A DNA stretch of 64,000 nt from the NCBI GenBank assembly GCA_964106645.2, contig OZ067040.1. The stretch is one strand, 5' to 3'. Positions 25,506 through 38,039 of the stretch are shown piece by piece. This DNA is from Podarcis pityusensis. Lineage: Eukaryota. Position numbers and translations under genes: made by a program. Position 1 is the stretch's first letter, and every line of letters begins with the position of its first letter. The notes under the pieces are model-generated. The model saw only the letters and a program-made list of their open reading frames with translations. It made no database searches and was not told the DNA's origin.

Positions 25506-26422
25506 TTGTTGTTTAGTCGTTTAGTCGTGTCCGACTCTTCGTGACCCCATGGACCAGCGCATACCAGGCACTCCTGTCTTCCACTGCCTCCCGCAGTTTG
25601 GTCAAACTCATGTTGGTAGCTTTGAGAACACTGTCCAACCTGTTGGGATTCGTTAGATCCCAACACAACCATCTCGTCCTCTGTTGTCCCCTTCTCCTTG
25701 TGCCCTCAATCTTTTCCAACATCAGGGTCTTTTCCAGGGAGTCTTCTCTTCTCATGTGGTGGCCATATTGGAGCCTCAGCTTCACGACCTGTCCTTCCAG
25801 TGAGCACTCAGGGCTGATTTCCTTAAGAATGGATAGGTTTGATCTTCTTGCAGTCCATGGGACTCTCAAGAGTCTCCTCCAGCACCATAATTCAAAAGCA
25901 TCAATTCTTCGACAATCAGCCTTCTTTATGCTCCAGCTCTCACTTCCATACATCACTACTGGGAAAACCATAGCTTTAACTATACGGACCTTTGTCGTCA
26001 AGGTGATGTCTCTGCTTTTTAAGATGCTGTCTAGGTTTGTCATTGCTTTTCTCCCAAGAAGCAGGCGTCTTTTAATTTCGTGACTGCTGTCACCATCTGC
26101 AGTGATCATGGAGCCCAGGAAAGTAAAATCTTTCACTGCCTCCATTTCTTCCCCTTCTATTTGCCAGGAAGTGATGGGACCAGTGGCCATGATCTTAGTT
26201 TTTTTGATGTTGACCTTCAGACCATATTTTGCACTCTCGTCTTTCAACCTTATTAAAAGGTTCTTTAATTCCTCCTCACTTTCTGCCATCAAGGTTGTGT
26301 CATCTGCATATCTGAGGTTGTTGATATTTCTTCTGGCAATCTTAATTCCAGCTTGGGATTCATCCAGCCCAGTCTTTAGCATGATGAATTCTGCATATAG
26401 ATTAAATAAGCAGGGAGACAAT
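25506..26422 (-). mobile_element. BovB (RTE) LINE, RT C-terminal part
   Basis: 302-aa open frame with LSPCLFNLY and NNLRYADDTTL RT motifs; (CAA)n-type tail. Confidence 0.95.
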
Positions 26423-26425
26423 ATA

Positions 26426-26615
26426 CAGTGGTACCTCGGGTTAAGTACTTAATTCGTTCTGGAGGTCCATTCTTAACCTGAAACTGTTCTTAACCTGAAG
26501 CACCACTTTAGCTAATGGGGCCTCCTGCTGCCGCCGCACCGCCGGAGCACTATTTCTGTTCTTATCCTGAAGCAAAGTTCTTAACCCTGTTCTTATCCTG
26601 AAGCAAAGTTCTTAA
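26426..26615. mobile_element. Truncated mariner-type MITE inserted in BovB
   Basis: TA followed by CAGTGGTACCTCGGGTTAAG, same family as 22740. The right TIR is missing and the copy ends in a ~28-bp duplication. Confidence 0.8.
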
Positions 26616-27130
26616 AGTATTATCACTTCCACTGGCCTTGTTATTAGCAGTGCTTTCTAAGGCCCATTTAACTTCACCCTCCGGGATGTCTGTCTCAAGC
26701 AAACGAGACATCCATATCTTTCTGGTATAATTCCTCTGTGTATTCTTGCCACCTCTTCTTCTTGATGTCTTCTGCTTCTGTTAGTTCCTTACCACTTTTG
26801 TCCTTTATTATGGTAATCTTTGTACAAAATGTTTCTTTCATTTCTCCAATTTTCTTGATCTCTGGTTTTTCCCATTCTATTGTTTTCCTCTATTTCTTTG
26901 CATTGCTCGTTTAAGAAGGCCCTCTTGTCTCTCCTTGCTATTTTTTGGAAATCTGCATTCAATTTCCTGTATCTTTCACTATCTCCCTCACATTTTGCTT
27001 GCCTTCTCTCCCCCACTATTTGTAAGGCCTTGTTGGAAAGTCACTTTGCTTTCTTGCATTTCCTTTTCATTGGGATGGTTTTCGTTGCTGCCTCCTGTAT
27101 AATGTTATGAAACTCCATCCATAGTTCTTA
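26616..27130 (-). mobile_element. BovB upstream fragment (endonuclease-RT linker)
   Basis: ERYRKLNADFQKIARRDKRAFLNEQCKEIEENNRMGKTRD, a typical BovB ORF segment. Confidence 0.85.
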
Positions 27131-27479
27131 TAATTAATTCATTAAGACAGCATCAACTCCAATATTAAACAACTCAGACTTTATGATTAGCAGAGGAGAC
27201 CCTGATGGCGGTGATGCCTTCTCAGGGATAATTCTTCTTTTGTGTACAGACTCCCTAGTGACATGCATCTGTCTCTCTCATTAACCTTCAGGAGGAATTT
27301 TTAAATATACCTGTACACCCAGGCACTTGATGGCTGAAAGATATTGTTTCCAGCAACCTTTAAATTATTAGGTGTGTGTGTATGTGGCTGTTTGTAAATG
27401 TTTGAAATGTGTTTTTGCTTTTACTTGTGCTGTTTTACTGCTTTGATTTTTGTTGTCATAGGCTCCTTTGGGTGGGAGA

Positions 27480-29400
27480 GATAGAACTTTAATGGGACAA
27501 CAAGTGATAAAACTGTTGGATTATATAAATGGGGCAGAAGGAACTGCAATTATAACTTTTATAGATGTGAAAAAGCTTTTGATAGGATCAAGTGGTTCTA
27601 TCTTTTTCAGGTGATGCAGAAATTGTCTGGCCACACAGACAATATAATTAGTGAATGATAGATTGTCATCATAGTTTTACTTGCAGAAAGGAAAAAGACA
27701 AGATTGCCCAGTATCATCATACTTTTCCATTGTATTTAGATTGTTTCCTGATTAAGATATGGGATAACACTAAAATGAAAGAGCAGAAGATGGCAAAGCA
27801 GAAATTTAAACTTTGTGGATATGCAGATAACGTAGCTCTAATAATTACTGAACCAGAAAGGTCACTAGCTTAGTTTATGAATTTGTTAGATTTCTTTAGA
27901 AAAGTAAAGGTAAAGGTAAAGGTAAAGGTACCCCTGCCCGTACGGGCTAGTCTTGACAGACTCTAGAGTTGTGCACTCATCTCACTCTATAGGCCGGGAG
28001 CCAGCGCTGTCCGCAGACACTTCCGGGTCACGTGGCCAGCATGACAAGCTGCATCTGGCGAGCCAGCGCAGCACATGGAACGCCGTTTACCTTCCCGCTG
28101 GTAAGCGGTCCCTATTTATCTACATGCACCCGGGGGTGCTTTCGAACTGCTAGGTTGGCAGGTGCTGGGACTGAACGACGGGCGTGCACCCCGCCGTGGG
28201 GATTCGAACCGCCAACCATGCAATCGGCAAGTCCTAGGTGCTGAGGTTTTACCCACAGCGCCACCCGCGTCCCTTTCTAGAAAAGTAGCGGAATATAAAA
28301 TTAATATTAATAAAATATAATTGTTATCTTACAGCTTTCAGGACAACAATTAAGAAGATTAAGAGAATAAAAAGAAAAATCCAGATTGGTGTTTTTAAAA
28401 CCTGAAATATATGTTAGAAGCAAATATGAAAGCAGAGCAGGAAATATGGAGATTTATTAAATTTATTATTTTTGGAAGAATATCAACATTAAAAGTAATA
28501 TTCTTTATAAAATAACATTTTTGTTGCTGCATACACAAATAGCTAAAAGAGAGCTAAAAATGGATGCATGACAGTGAATTGTGAATGGTTTTTTCTAAAA
28601 TAATGTGCACCAACAGGGCTGAAGAAGATCTTTCATTTCCAGCTAATTATCATGTTGATTGTTTGGGAAGGATTGTAGATTGGTATTTTTAACTAAATAA
28701 AAATTTCAGAAATCATTTGGTACAATTTTTTGTTGGAAGCTGACAGAAAGTGCTTTTTGAAAATAAAAATAGAAACGTAGCAAAAAGGATTAATAGTGCC
28801 CCCTGTCCCCTGTTTTATGGGAATTTTTTAAAAAAACTACTTCTGCATTTCAAAATGCCCATTAACTTTTCAGCTATTTTAGCCACAATTTAACAAAATT
28901 GGAAATGACACTGACAAATTTGTTGATTGGATTAATAATGGCCAGATCAAGTTCTTCAGTCATCCAAGGGAAAAGCTGAGTGATACAAGGCCCGTATTAT
29001 TTGAACATTGTCAAATAAAAGATTTTCTAAACAATTGGCTAAGAACTCAAGAAAGTGGATTGAGACAGATGTATTCTTTGGAAAGATTAATATTTTTATC
29101 AGCCACGTTGTCTCAAATATATCAAATTATAATGTATAAGGAAGAGGATAAAAGTGGATTACATTCAAAAATGGGGGGGGGGATATGGGAGAAAAGATTT
29201 TGGAAGCTATGTGGAAAATTTAGATAAATATGCAGAAGTCTGAAACAATGTACACCAGCAGGGATGAATGATAAAAGAAAAATAAATCGCAGCAATATCT
29301 AATTATGAATCTATTAAACAAAGACTAAAATAGCTCTAGAAATGTTAAGATGCTAAAATGTTAAAATGTGTTTTATTATGTTGCAGCTAGAACAACTTGT
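27480..29400 (+). mobile_element. Old degraded L1-like ORF2 remnant, interrupted by a SINE
   Basis: D-EKAFDRI-W-like motif near 27562-27596 and YADNVAL (YADD-like) near 27820. A-rich; boundaries approximate. Confidence 0.55.
27906..28273 (-). mobile_element. Sauria SINE
   Basis: (ACCTTT)n tail, tRNA-like head, flanking repeat TAGAAAAGTA. Confidence 0.88.
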
Positions 29401-29596
29401 TATCAGGTTTGTAGAAATGGAACTGTAGACAAGAATATTAAGAAGTTACTAGAGCAGTTTCTACATTCTTGTAGTAGTATTTTGTAGCGCTGTTTGATAT
29501 TAACTAAATAAAAATTCTTAAACTAGGCTTACAAACTTAAACTTTGTAAAAATGGAGAATATTTGAGTCATAATCAGACTACTTCAAATTCCTTAC

Positions 29597-29736
29597 CTCT
29601 TCCTTGGTCTTTTTGGATATAACTCGTAGCCAATCACCGATCATGCTCAGGACAGCAGCAAAATATGCAAGGCCTACAAGGATCCAGAACCATACCATTG
29701 GTTTGTAGACATCAGAATATTCGATATCTGACCCCC
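29597..29736 (-). CDS. KCNK2: KCNK2 coding exon (P2-M4 loop and M4), 140 bp; not in the ORF track
   Basis: Reads (G)[48 protein letters not shown] at 29737-29738, GT(AAGG) at 29595-29596; phase joins both neighbouring exons. Confidence 0.96.
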
Positions 29737-32700
29737 CTGAAAAGACAAAGTTCCTTTTTTTAAATAAAAAAAATGCACATAAATCTAGCTTTCCAATTTA
29801 TACTGATCATACTTTGTTTACTTTTCATTCCAATTCATGAAAAATATTGGCCATTCCTTTTCTATGAACTTATCATGAACTTTGCAGAACAATAACTTTA
29901 GTAGAAAGAAATTCAACCATGAAGCATACAAATGAAAGCCCCAATGAGGCCAAAATTCAGCCAACTTTCTTACCAAAAGCAGGTAACTTGTAAGTTTCAT
30001 TTATTTTTGTGACAATGGCATGCACAATCTTAAATCTTTCCCACTGAACTCAGTTGCCTGGTTTGAAAATAATACTAAATGATGGTTTAACATGGCATGT
30101 GTAAGCTTTAAAGCTCCCTTTTCTCTCTCCAGCTTTGGCATGGCTGAGAGAAGACCAGAAACATATTAAACTCACCAAGAGTTCCTAATTTCATCTGGAT
30201 TCAGGGGAATTCTGCCAAGTTTAAGCTCCAGTTTAGTGAACAGACTGGAATCATGAACCACAAGTGGACCCTAATTTGTTTGTACAAACCACAGTTTTAA
30301 CTAGCTAGTGTTCCTGAGGTTTACACAATGAGGAAGTCGTTAGTTTTAAAGTGCAAATGAAGGTTTCCACTCTCCTCCTGGCCACAAGATGGTCTTGTGA
30401 GGGCTCATTCATATAATTCTAAACTATTATTTAGCAAAAAGCTCAATTAAACTTTAAAATAGCTGGATTGCATCCACAATTCCCTCCCCCTCCTTTTGTT
30501 AAGCAGGCCACAGAATCATAGGTAAACTGTGCAACTTGGGTTGCAATCCTATGCTTCAATGCAACTAAATTCTGAGTAGATGTGATACAACTGTACTGTA
30601 AAATATTTGAATTCAGACTATTTTTGTATTAAACATGTGAAAAACAGTTTCCATATTCCACATACAGACTCATGTGTCCATTAACATTCACTTATTACCA
30701 CTGAAACCAATGGATTTTAGCAGTAATGAATTAAAAGCTGGAATCACAAAGGCTGCTGTCTTACACACATTCAGCTTGCTCCAAAAACCAGTTTGGCTAC
30801 ATCTGAATACTTGATACAACTACTCAATGCTGGCCCATTCCATACACATTACAGCAGTCTTTAAAAATCTATGGAAAGCAGTTTTACCAAAAATGAAAAG
30901 AAAAAGAAAGAAGAACAAAAGAAAAACGCTCCAGTTCTACACTGCAGATAATGGTTGTTAAAGTACTACTATTTGGCTTAAAAGAACTGAGAACCACTGA
31001 CAAATAATAAAAGGCAAATACCTGAAATTTCTGGGGGCTAACATATCAATCCACTATACAGCATGGTTCAAAAGTATGGTATACTAGTATACATTTGTTG
31101 TATACAGATTAAAAGTGAAACGAAAATGACAATGGAAGTTTGTTTTAAGGCTTTGTGCATTATAAGCAGGAGGCTACCTGAAGATCCCTTATATCTCTGC
31201 CCAATCATTGAGATCTTCGGGGCAGTCTGATCTTATAGTTTTCATTTCTTTTTATTCTTTGTATTGTACTTTTGTAAACAGCCTACAAACTATTATAGTT
31301 AAGTGGCATATAAAATGTTTGAATGAATGAATTAATTAATTAAATAGTCGCTACTCTGGAATACATAACCCATTTTAGTACTTCTGTTTTACATTTGCAA
31401 TATTCAGGGTGACCATTCAGTGAGGGTTTTATATTGACTGAAGCATTTATGGCCAGGGATAAGAAGAAATGATGTCATAGTCTAGCACTGGGTCTGAATT
31501 CATCACTACCCAACCCTAGGAGGCAACGCTATGCTTACCAGGTGGGAATTCCAAAGAAGAAGCAAAAAGTTGACTAAGGATACAGGGTTTTATTCAAACG
31601 GGGCAGCAAAGGAGGCCAGGTATTGGTAGCGAGTTCAGAAAGCTCAGGATGAAATGTATATGAGCACCAGGAATCCATTCTGAGTGCAAGGGCTCACTGG
31701 AGAGTTACAGAAGATAAAACCAGGAATTCAGCAAGGGCTGGCACAGTTTCATAAATTAAACTGGGGTAGGGAGCCTCATCTAGGCTTCCTAGGGATCCAG
31801 TGCAAACAAAAAGGTAGGTGCCATTTTAATATTTTGGATATCAGAAATGCCTAAGGCCAACCTTGACACCAGGACTGGCAAAGCTTTGAATACAATTCTT
31901 TAAAAAAAATGCTAAGAAGGTTCACCTCAAGTTTTGCACTTTTGACTGATGTGAATTTTTGCACACCTCCATATTTTCTAAGTTAAGCATTGTCACCTAG
32001 TGGTAGGCCAAGCTGACTGCAATGACAGGCACTTAATGTTCCAGGCATTTTGAGGTTACGTGAGGATAAACCTGTCGTGAGTATTTAACACTGCTTTCAA
32101 TTACAGGGTAAGCAATTTCATTGACTCCAGTACATTAGTGAAATTGTTTAAGTCTTCCTCTTAACATTCTTAGGCCACTGCTGTAGTCTGCAGCCAGCTG
32201 GCAGCTCTATCATTAACACCAACCGAATGTAGGCATTGCAGAAGAACTTTAAAGCAGAGGCAAATGATCTGCAGCTAGCCTTCAAGATGTGAACAAAATA
32301 TATTGTTGTACAATACTTTGCACATTTCCCTTAAAATGCTACATTTGCTAAGGAAACAATCTTAGTAAAGACCTAGCAAGCTGAACTTAGGGGTGGCTGC
32401 AACACTTAAAATTTTAGAAGGACCCAGGGATCTTTACTATGTTCTACTAAGCAAAGCCTCAGGTCTAAAGAGCCTCAGAAATTAAATTAAGAATCTGTGT
32501 CACACTGCTGTTATTCTAGGCAAGGCCAGATTATCAATGGTGCAGTTGGAGCAATTGCACGAGGGTCCTGCCTGTAAGGGGGTTCACGCTATCATCTTTC
32601 ATTGGGGGTGGGGGAACACGTCTGTTGGAATTCCAGGAAGAATATTAGGAAGCAAAGCATTTGTTCAAAGTATTCATTCAACTTGTTTTTATTATTGCTT

Positions 32701-32744
32701 GTTAGCCGCCCTGAGCCCGGCCTTGGCTGGGGAGGGTGGGGTAT

Positions 32745-32752
32745 TAATAATG

Positions 32753-32793
<41 letters not shown>
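32745..32793. repeat. (AAT)n microsatellite
   Basis: Direct sequence. Confidence 0.85.
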
Positions 32794-32794
<1 letters not shown>

Positions 32795-35324
32795 TAGCTG
32801 ATGAACTAGCTCCTGCCTTTCAGCATATTTTAGCCAACCAAGTGAGGTGAGTTGTGAATGAGGAGTGATTTGTTTCAGCACCAGGAGTTAGGAATCCCTG
32901 GGCCCTAAAAAGCTGTGATTTGCCTTCCTTTTATTTCATTTCATTTCCTAGTCAACTGAATCTCTGTAGTTTGCCCAGATAGTGCTACGCAGCAGCAGCA
33001 GCAGTCAGTCTGGCCAGAAGGAAATGGCCTTTGCATTATATTATCCATTACTTATCCATTTCTAGTGAGCACTGTTGCAACACCTCTGCTCATCATGTGA
33101 GTTCTAGAACACCTCGATCCATGACACCATGTCACTTTTCACAGCTCTTCCCTTGCAATAATCTTGCAAAGCAGATCAGGCTGAGATAATGACTTGTCAA
33201 AGTCTACAATGAGGGTTTCATGGCAGAACAGGAATGTGAACCTCTGCCGTCTACATCTAAACACGAAACTGTACCACACTTTGCCTGCTTGAAATTATGC
33301 TTCAGAGAGAATTAGCTCTAATTCTATAGTCTTTAATGTGTTTCTGTTTTCATCTGCTCGTAACATAGTCTCATGTAGCTTTGTTACTATATTTAGCATG
33401 ACCTCTGTCATCATGTTGGAAGATGACAATGTACATGGAAAAGCTTTCTAACTTTTCACCTTCACAGAGCAATGTATTTTTCTGGAATTGTTAATGGAAT
33501 TGTTTCATTTCAAACCAGAAGAGAATTTACACTCAGGTCACAACCACACCATACATTTAAAACACATGGCTTCCCTCAAAGAATTCTGTAATTTACTCCT
33601 TCACACAGCTACAGTTCCCAGCACCTTTAAACTACAGTTCCCAAAATTCTTTCGGAAGTCACATGCTTTGAATGTATGGCGTGGATGTGACCTTATTGTA
33701 CCCTAATTCTTCAAGCAAGGCTATGAATTGTTTCTCAAGGTGCTTTTCTCAGCTCATTTATCAGATGATAATTGCAACCATAAAGATTTCAATGCATCAA
33801 AAATGACCTCTTTCTCATTCATGTGGACTATTAATTTAGACATCTACTTCAATTATGGGCATTTTAAGCCAGCAGTAAATAATTTGTTCAGTGACAAAAG
33901 TCACAGTTGAAATGTAAGGAATAATAGATTGAATTAGATTGTTTTCAAAACAGGTATAAAGAAAAATTAATATTTATCATAAGCATCTAGATTCATTGGG
34001 AAATTCTGTCCTGTAAATGTTCGTACAGGTATTGCAGCATAAAGCAGTTCACCAAATGCAAATTTCTCTGGTTGTTGCATTACCCTTTTCTCTCAGATTC
34101 TGAGATTTTTTTCAGGCAAAGTACGAAATATATACAAAGCAATCCCATAAAAGCAAAAGGATCCCATAACTTGAACAGGTTAGTCTATTCATTTAAATAG
34201 GGAGAACATATTCAAACATTGTTTGCATGAAGAAATCCCTCTACTGAAATGAATGGAGTGTTCTACATGCACAAGAAAGCAATATAAAAATGGGAGCATG
34301 CATCAATTTTTGGATTGGCACATCTGTGTATAGACATTAGGCATAGATATATTGTATACAGATCTGATCTTAAGATGATTGCATAAATAGTTGTGTTATA
34401 CCTATCCATGCATACTCTGGGATTTGTCTAAATTATTTTTCTTTCAGTAAATCTCCTCGCTAGTCAACCCACTTTTACACTCTCCGAGATTAAAGAGTAG
34501 CTTGCCATTTGGCAGTAGCACATGCTGAAATAAAGAAGAGTCTTAACATCACCTGCAATTATATACAGCATCTTGCTGGATGAAAGAAGTAGAGATACTT
34601 TACACAAGTGGAAATATTGTCATTATTGTACAAAAAGTGATATCTTTCAGCAACAGACTGTAGAGAAGAAGTGAAAGCATTCCTTAAAAAAAAATAAAAG
34701 TGGGAACAAATATATTCCTGCAGCTGAATAATCAGCTATCAACACCATCCATCTTCCATCTCTTTATCGTCTATTGTTATTTCAAAAAAGATTCTACTAG
34801 CATTTCTAATAAAGGTAAAAACCTCTCCAGGTCTATTTCATTTATTGATCTATTTGCAAATGCTTCTGCCACTTATCTCTGTAAGGATTCTCTAAGCTTC
34901 CTACTCAGTCCTTTCAGAAGCATAATTTTCCAAAGCACATTTTCAAATAGTGGATTTAATGTTTTAATGTTCAAGGATACCTGGCTGGTGACTAGCAGGT
35001 TGATTAAAAGTGGTGAGGTGTAATGAAGCAGTGGAACCACAACAGCCTTGACACTCATGCTGGGGCAGAAGGAGGGCAGGCAGGTAAATTGCTGTACCAG
35101 CACGGAGCTGGCAGAGTGATTTCAGCAGGCAAAAGTATGTTTGGTGGGTACAATGGGGAGCTGCATGCTAGTGGAGTGACACTGGTATCACTCTGTGGGT
35201 GAAGGCCAGGAATAGCAAAGGGAAACTTCTATCCAATCCAACTGTTGCCCTGCCACTACAAAGTCCACTGCGAAAGGGTTTGGGGGTTTAATATGTTTTG
35301 GGCATCAAAAGGCAACGTGGAGAG

Positions 35325-37474
35325 ACTTCCGGGTCAGTGCCATCGGTGAATGGCGGAGTTCCTCCGACCGGAGGAACTAGCTCCATGAAAACTGGGTCTT
35401 CCCGCCGCAGCGAAGGCGGGGACCCGCTAGAAATCCCAGGCGGAGGAAGCCTGGGAACGTGGGGTTCGGCAGGGCACCAGAAGCACGCCCCCTACTCACC
35501 GGGAACCCCTTTTTGGGGCACCGGATCGAAGCGGGGTGAGCGGCGCGGTGCTGCGAACTGATTGCTACTTTCACGGAGTGAAGCCGCACAGCCATTGCCG
35601 GAGAGCGCTGACTTTTTCCTGTGGACAATTGGATTTAAAACAGGTACCCGTGAGTAGAAACGGAAAATTAGATCAAGAAATATCTTAATTTGGCATCAAA
35701 GCGGGAAGGTTCAAAACAGGAAGTCCGCCTTCCGCTTTTTGTATATAGACTAAAGCAAAAACTTCGTAAGCTAAAGCCTGGAAAGCTGTCAAAAAAGTCT
35801 AAATTTCCTTCATTCAGAACTACTGAAACACCCTTGGAAGCAGGAGAAAAGGGGGGGGGAATTTTGTTTAACCCCTGCAGGAGAGGGAGTGAGAAGGAAG
35901 AGTTTCCACCGTCTCTAACCTGGGCACGGGGTGTCAGAGACAGAAACTGTAGGTTCATTGACTGTGAATGGAATATTTTGGCAGATAGTTAAAGAAGAGA
36001 AACAAGCTGATTCCAATGTTGCCTTTTGCATCTTAAAGAAACAAAATATCCAAAAAATATCTGAAAAATGAAAGTAATTTTCCTTTGTTGGACTTGCCTT
36101 AAAAAAAAAAATGGATACAAATAGAAATTGTCTCCTCTAGAGGGAGCTTGTTAAATTGTTGCAGCAGTATACTTGAGGACTCAACAGCTGTGAGATTAAG
36201 ACCGTGGGAACAGTCTTTTCTGACCTTGCCTAAAGATGAGCTGGGAGGAAGATTGGGTGCTTGCCTTATGCAAGACAAGTGCCCTGTTGCAACAGATGCA
36301 TGAGAAGATGGACTTGATGAATGAAAAAATGGATTTGACTGTTGTGGTTAATAACTGTGGACAAACAGGGAACATTGATACAGAAATTATTCAGGGACCA
36401 ACTCATGAAGCTGTACTGACTGGGCAAGAACAGAAGATAATGGAGGAGGATGCGGTTGCACCTCAAATAATACAAATGGAGAGACCCGAGGCCCTACAGG
36501 AGCATAAGCTGCTGTCATTGAAGATTGAAGTTGGAATGGGCCAGGGGGAGTCTGGTGCTGAGGAGGTTCCTAACTTTGGAGAGACCTTGAAATATGTTTT
36601 TAAATACTTTTTGGATTTTATCGAGGACTGTGGGGAGTGGGACTCTGGGGAATGGGTGGGTCTGATGAAGGGAGATGGAGACAAATCTGGGTTGGAACCC
36701 CCCAGACAACTACTCCTCAATGAGAAAGGAAAGGAATTAAGAAAGAGACCAACAAAAGACAAGGAAAAGGGCAAGTATAAACAAGAAGAAGAAGAAATGC
36801 AGAAGGGACATGGAAGAGACTTAAGGGCCTCGGACATAAGGCTTCCAGGTTGATGGACTAGATGGATTGGACAGTAAGGACTGACACGATCCGAGACCAG
36901 GAAGATGAGACGTTGGATGAAGATTGGAAGAAAATTTATAAAGGAAACTTTTTATTTAGGGAATTAGTTAAAAATTAATGAATATTAGGGAAAATGTTGG
37001 AATGAAACTATATGACTCTAGCAGAAGTGATATCAGGAGTTATGTATATTTGAAAACTAAGATTTAAGCTTTAAGGTATTTTAGGGTAAGATAAGGTTAA
37101 ATAAATTAAGGTAATTTGAATAACAGAATATGGGGAAAGATGGTAAGGATTTGCTGAGCTAATTATTAAGTTAAACTGTCAAGATAAATTTTTTAACAAA
37201 AATTGAGAAAGATGGAAAGAATTTGCTGAAATAACTAATTAAACTAGAATACAAAAAGGGAGGTGTGAGGAGGTCAATGAAACAAGCAAATGGAAGTTAT
37301 AGATATGTAATTTGGGATCTATGTTGTTTTCTTTTTTCTTTTGTTTTCCATTTTTCTTTTTATTTTTTTGTTATATTGTTGTTGTTGTTTTCTATGTATT
37401 GTAGTGTTGTTTTTAATTTTTCTTTTTTCTTTATAACTTTGAAACTACTAATAAATATTATTTTAAAAAACAAA
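35325..37474 (+). mobile_element. Non-autonomous L1-type retroelement, copy B (~2.15 kb, apparently full length)
   Basis: TSD CAAAAGGCAACGTGGAGAG (35306-35324, 37475-37493). CpG-rich 5' end (G)ACTTCCGGGTCAG, AATAAA and A-tail. 3' UTR shared with the L1 fragment at 47336. Confidence 0.88.
36236..36853 (+). CDS. 205-aa ORF of the non-autonomous element (possibly derived from L1 ORF1)
   Basis: Open frame, also preserved in copy A apart from one stop. The N-terminus is heptad-like. ORF1 origin is an inference. Confidence 0.5.
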   Translation: MSWEEDWVLALCKTSALLQQMHEKMDLMNEKMDLTVVVNNCGQTGNIDTEIIQGPTHEAVLTGQEQKIMEEDAVAPQIIQMERPEALQEHKLLSLKIEVGMGQGESGAEEVPNFGETLKYVFKYFLDFIEDCGEWDSGEWVGLMKGDGDKSGLEPPRQLLLNEKGKELRKRPTKDKEKGKYKQEEEEMQKGHGRDLRASDIRLPG

Positions 37475-38039
37475 CAAAAGGCAACGTGGAGAGTTGAAGT
37501 GAAATAACATTAACATCTATAAGAGGAGAGGAGATAATATACACGCTAACAAAAAATAAATAAAAATTTGGCTGGGCATTTTTGACCAGAATAGGTAGAA
37601 GCCAGACAGCTGTCTTCAAATGCCAGTTCTTGAATGAGATGCATGACTCATCACCATCAGAAATCTTTTCACATATTAAAGTAGCCCTGACCTATGCAAT
37701 TACATTTGCTTTGTTCTGCCAAGTTATTTGTTCAGGATACATACGCCATTATTTTATTTTGTTTGCAGAATGAATGAAAGTATAAAAACCACACAGGGAC
37801 ACACCTGAGCAAGGGAAGGTTATCCTTGCTGGTTGTTCAAGAAATCTCAGTGGTGTATGGTATTCTTCTGGAGCTCCTCTCACATGGGGCTTTGGGAAAC
37901 TATATTAGATGTTTCCACTCATTCACCAAAGAGGAAATTTCAGAAGGTGGTACTTATGGGATACCTGTTGACTCAATGGCTGCTGGCCTACCTGGGTTAT
38001 CTTAGGTTCCCAGTCTGTTTTCCCATACTACTTAACATC

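Noticed and set aside
25513-26421. Long RT ORF as a host gene or new horizontal transfer
   Set aside because: Ordinary BovB fragment; BovB in squamates is well known.
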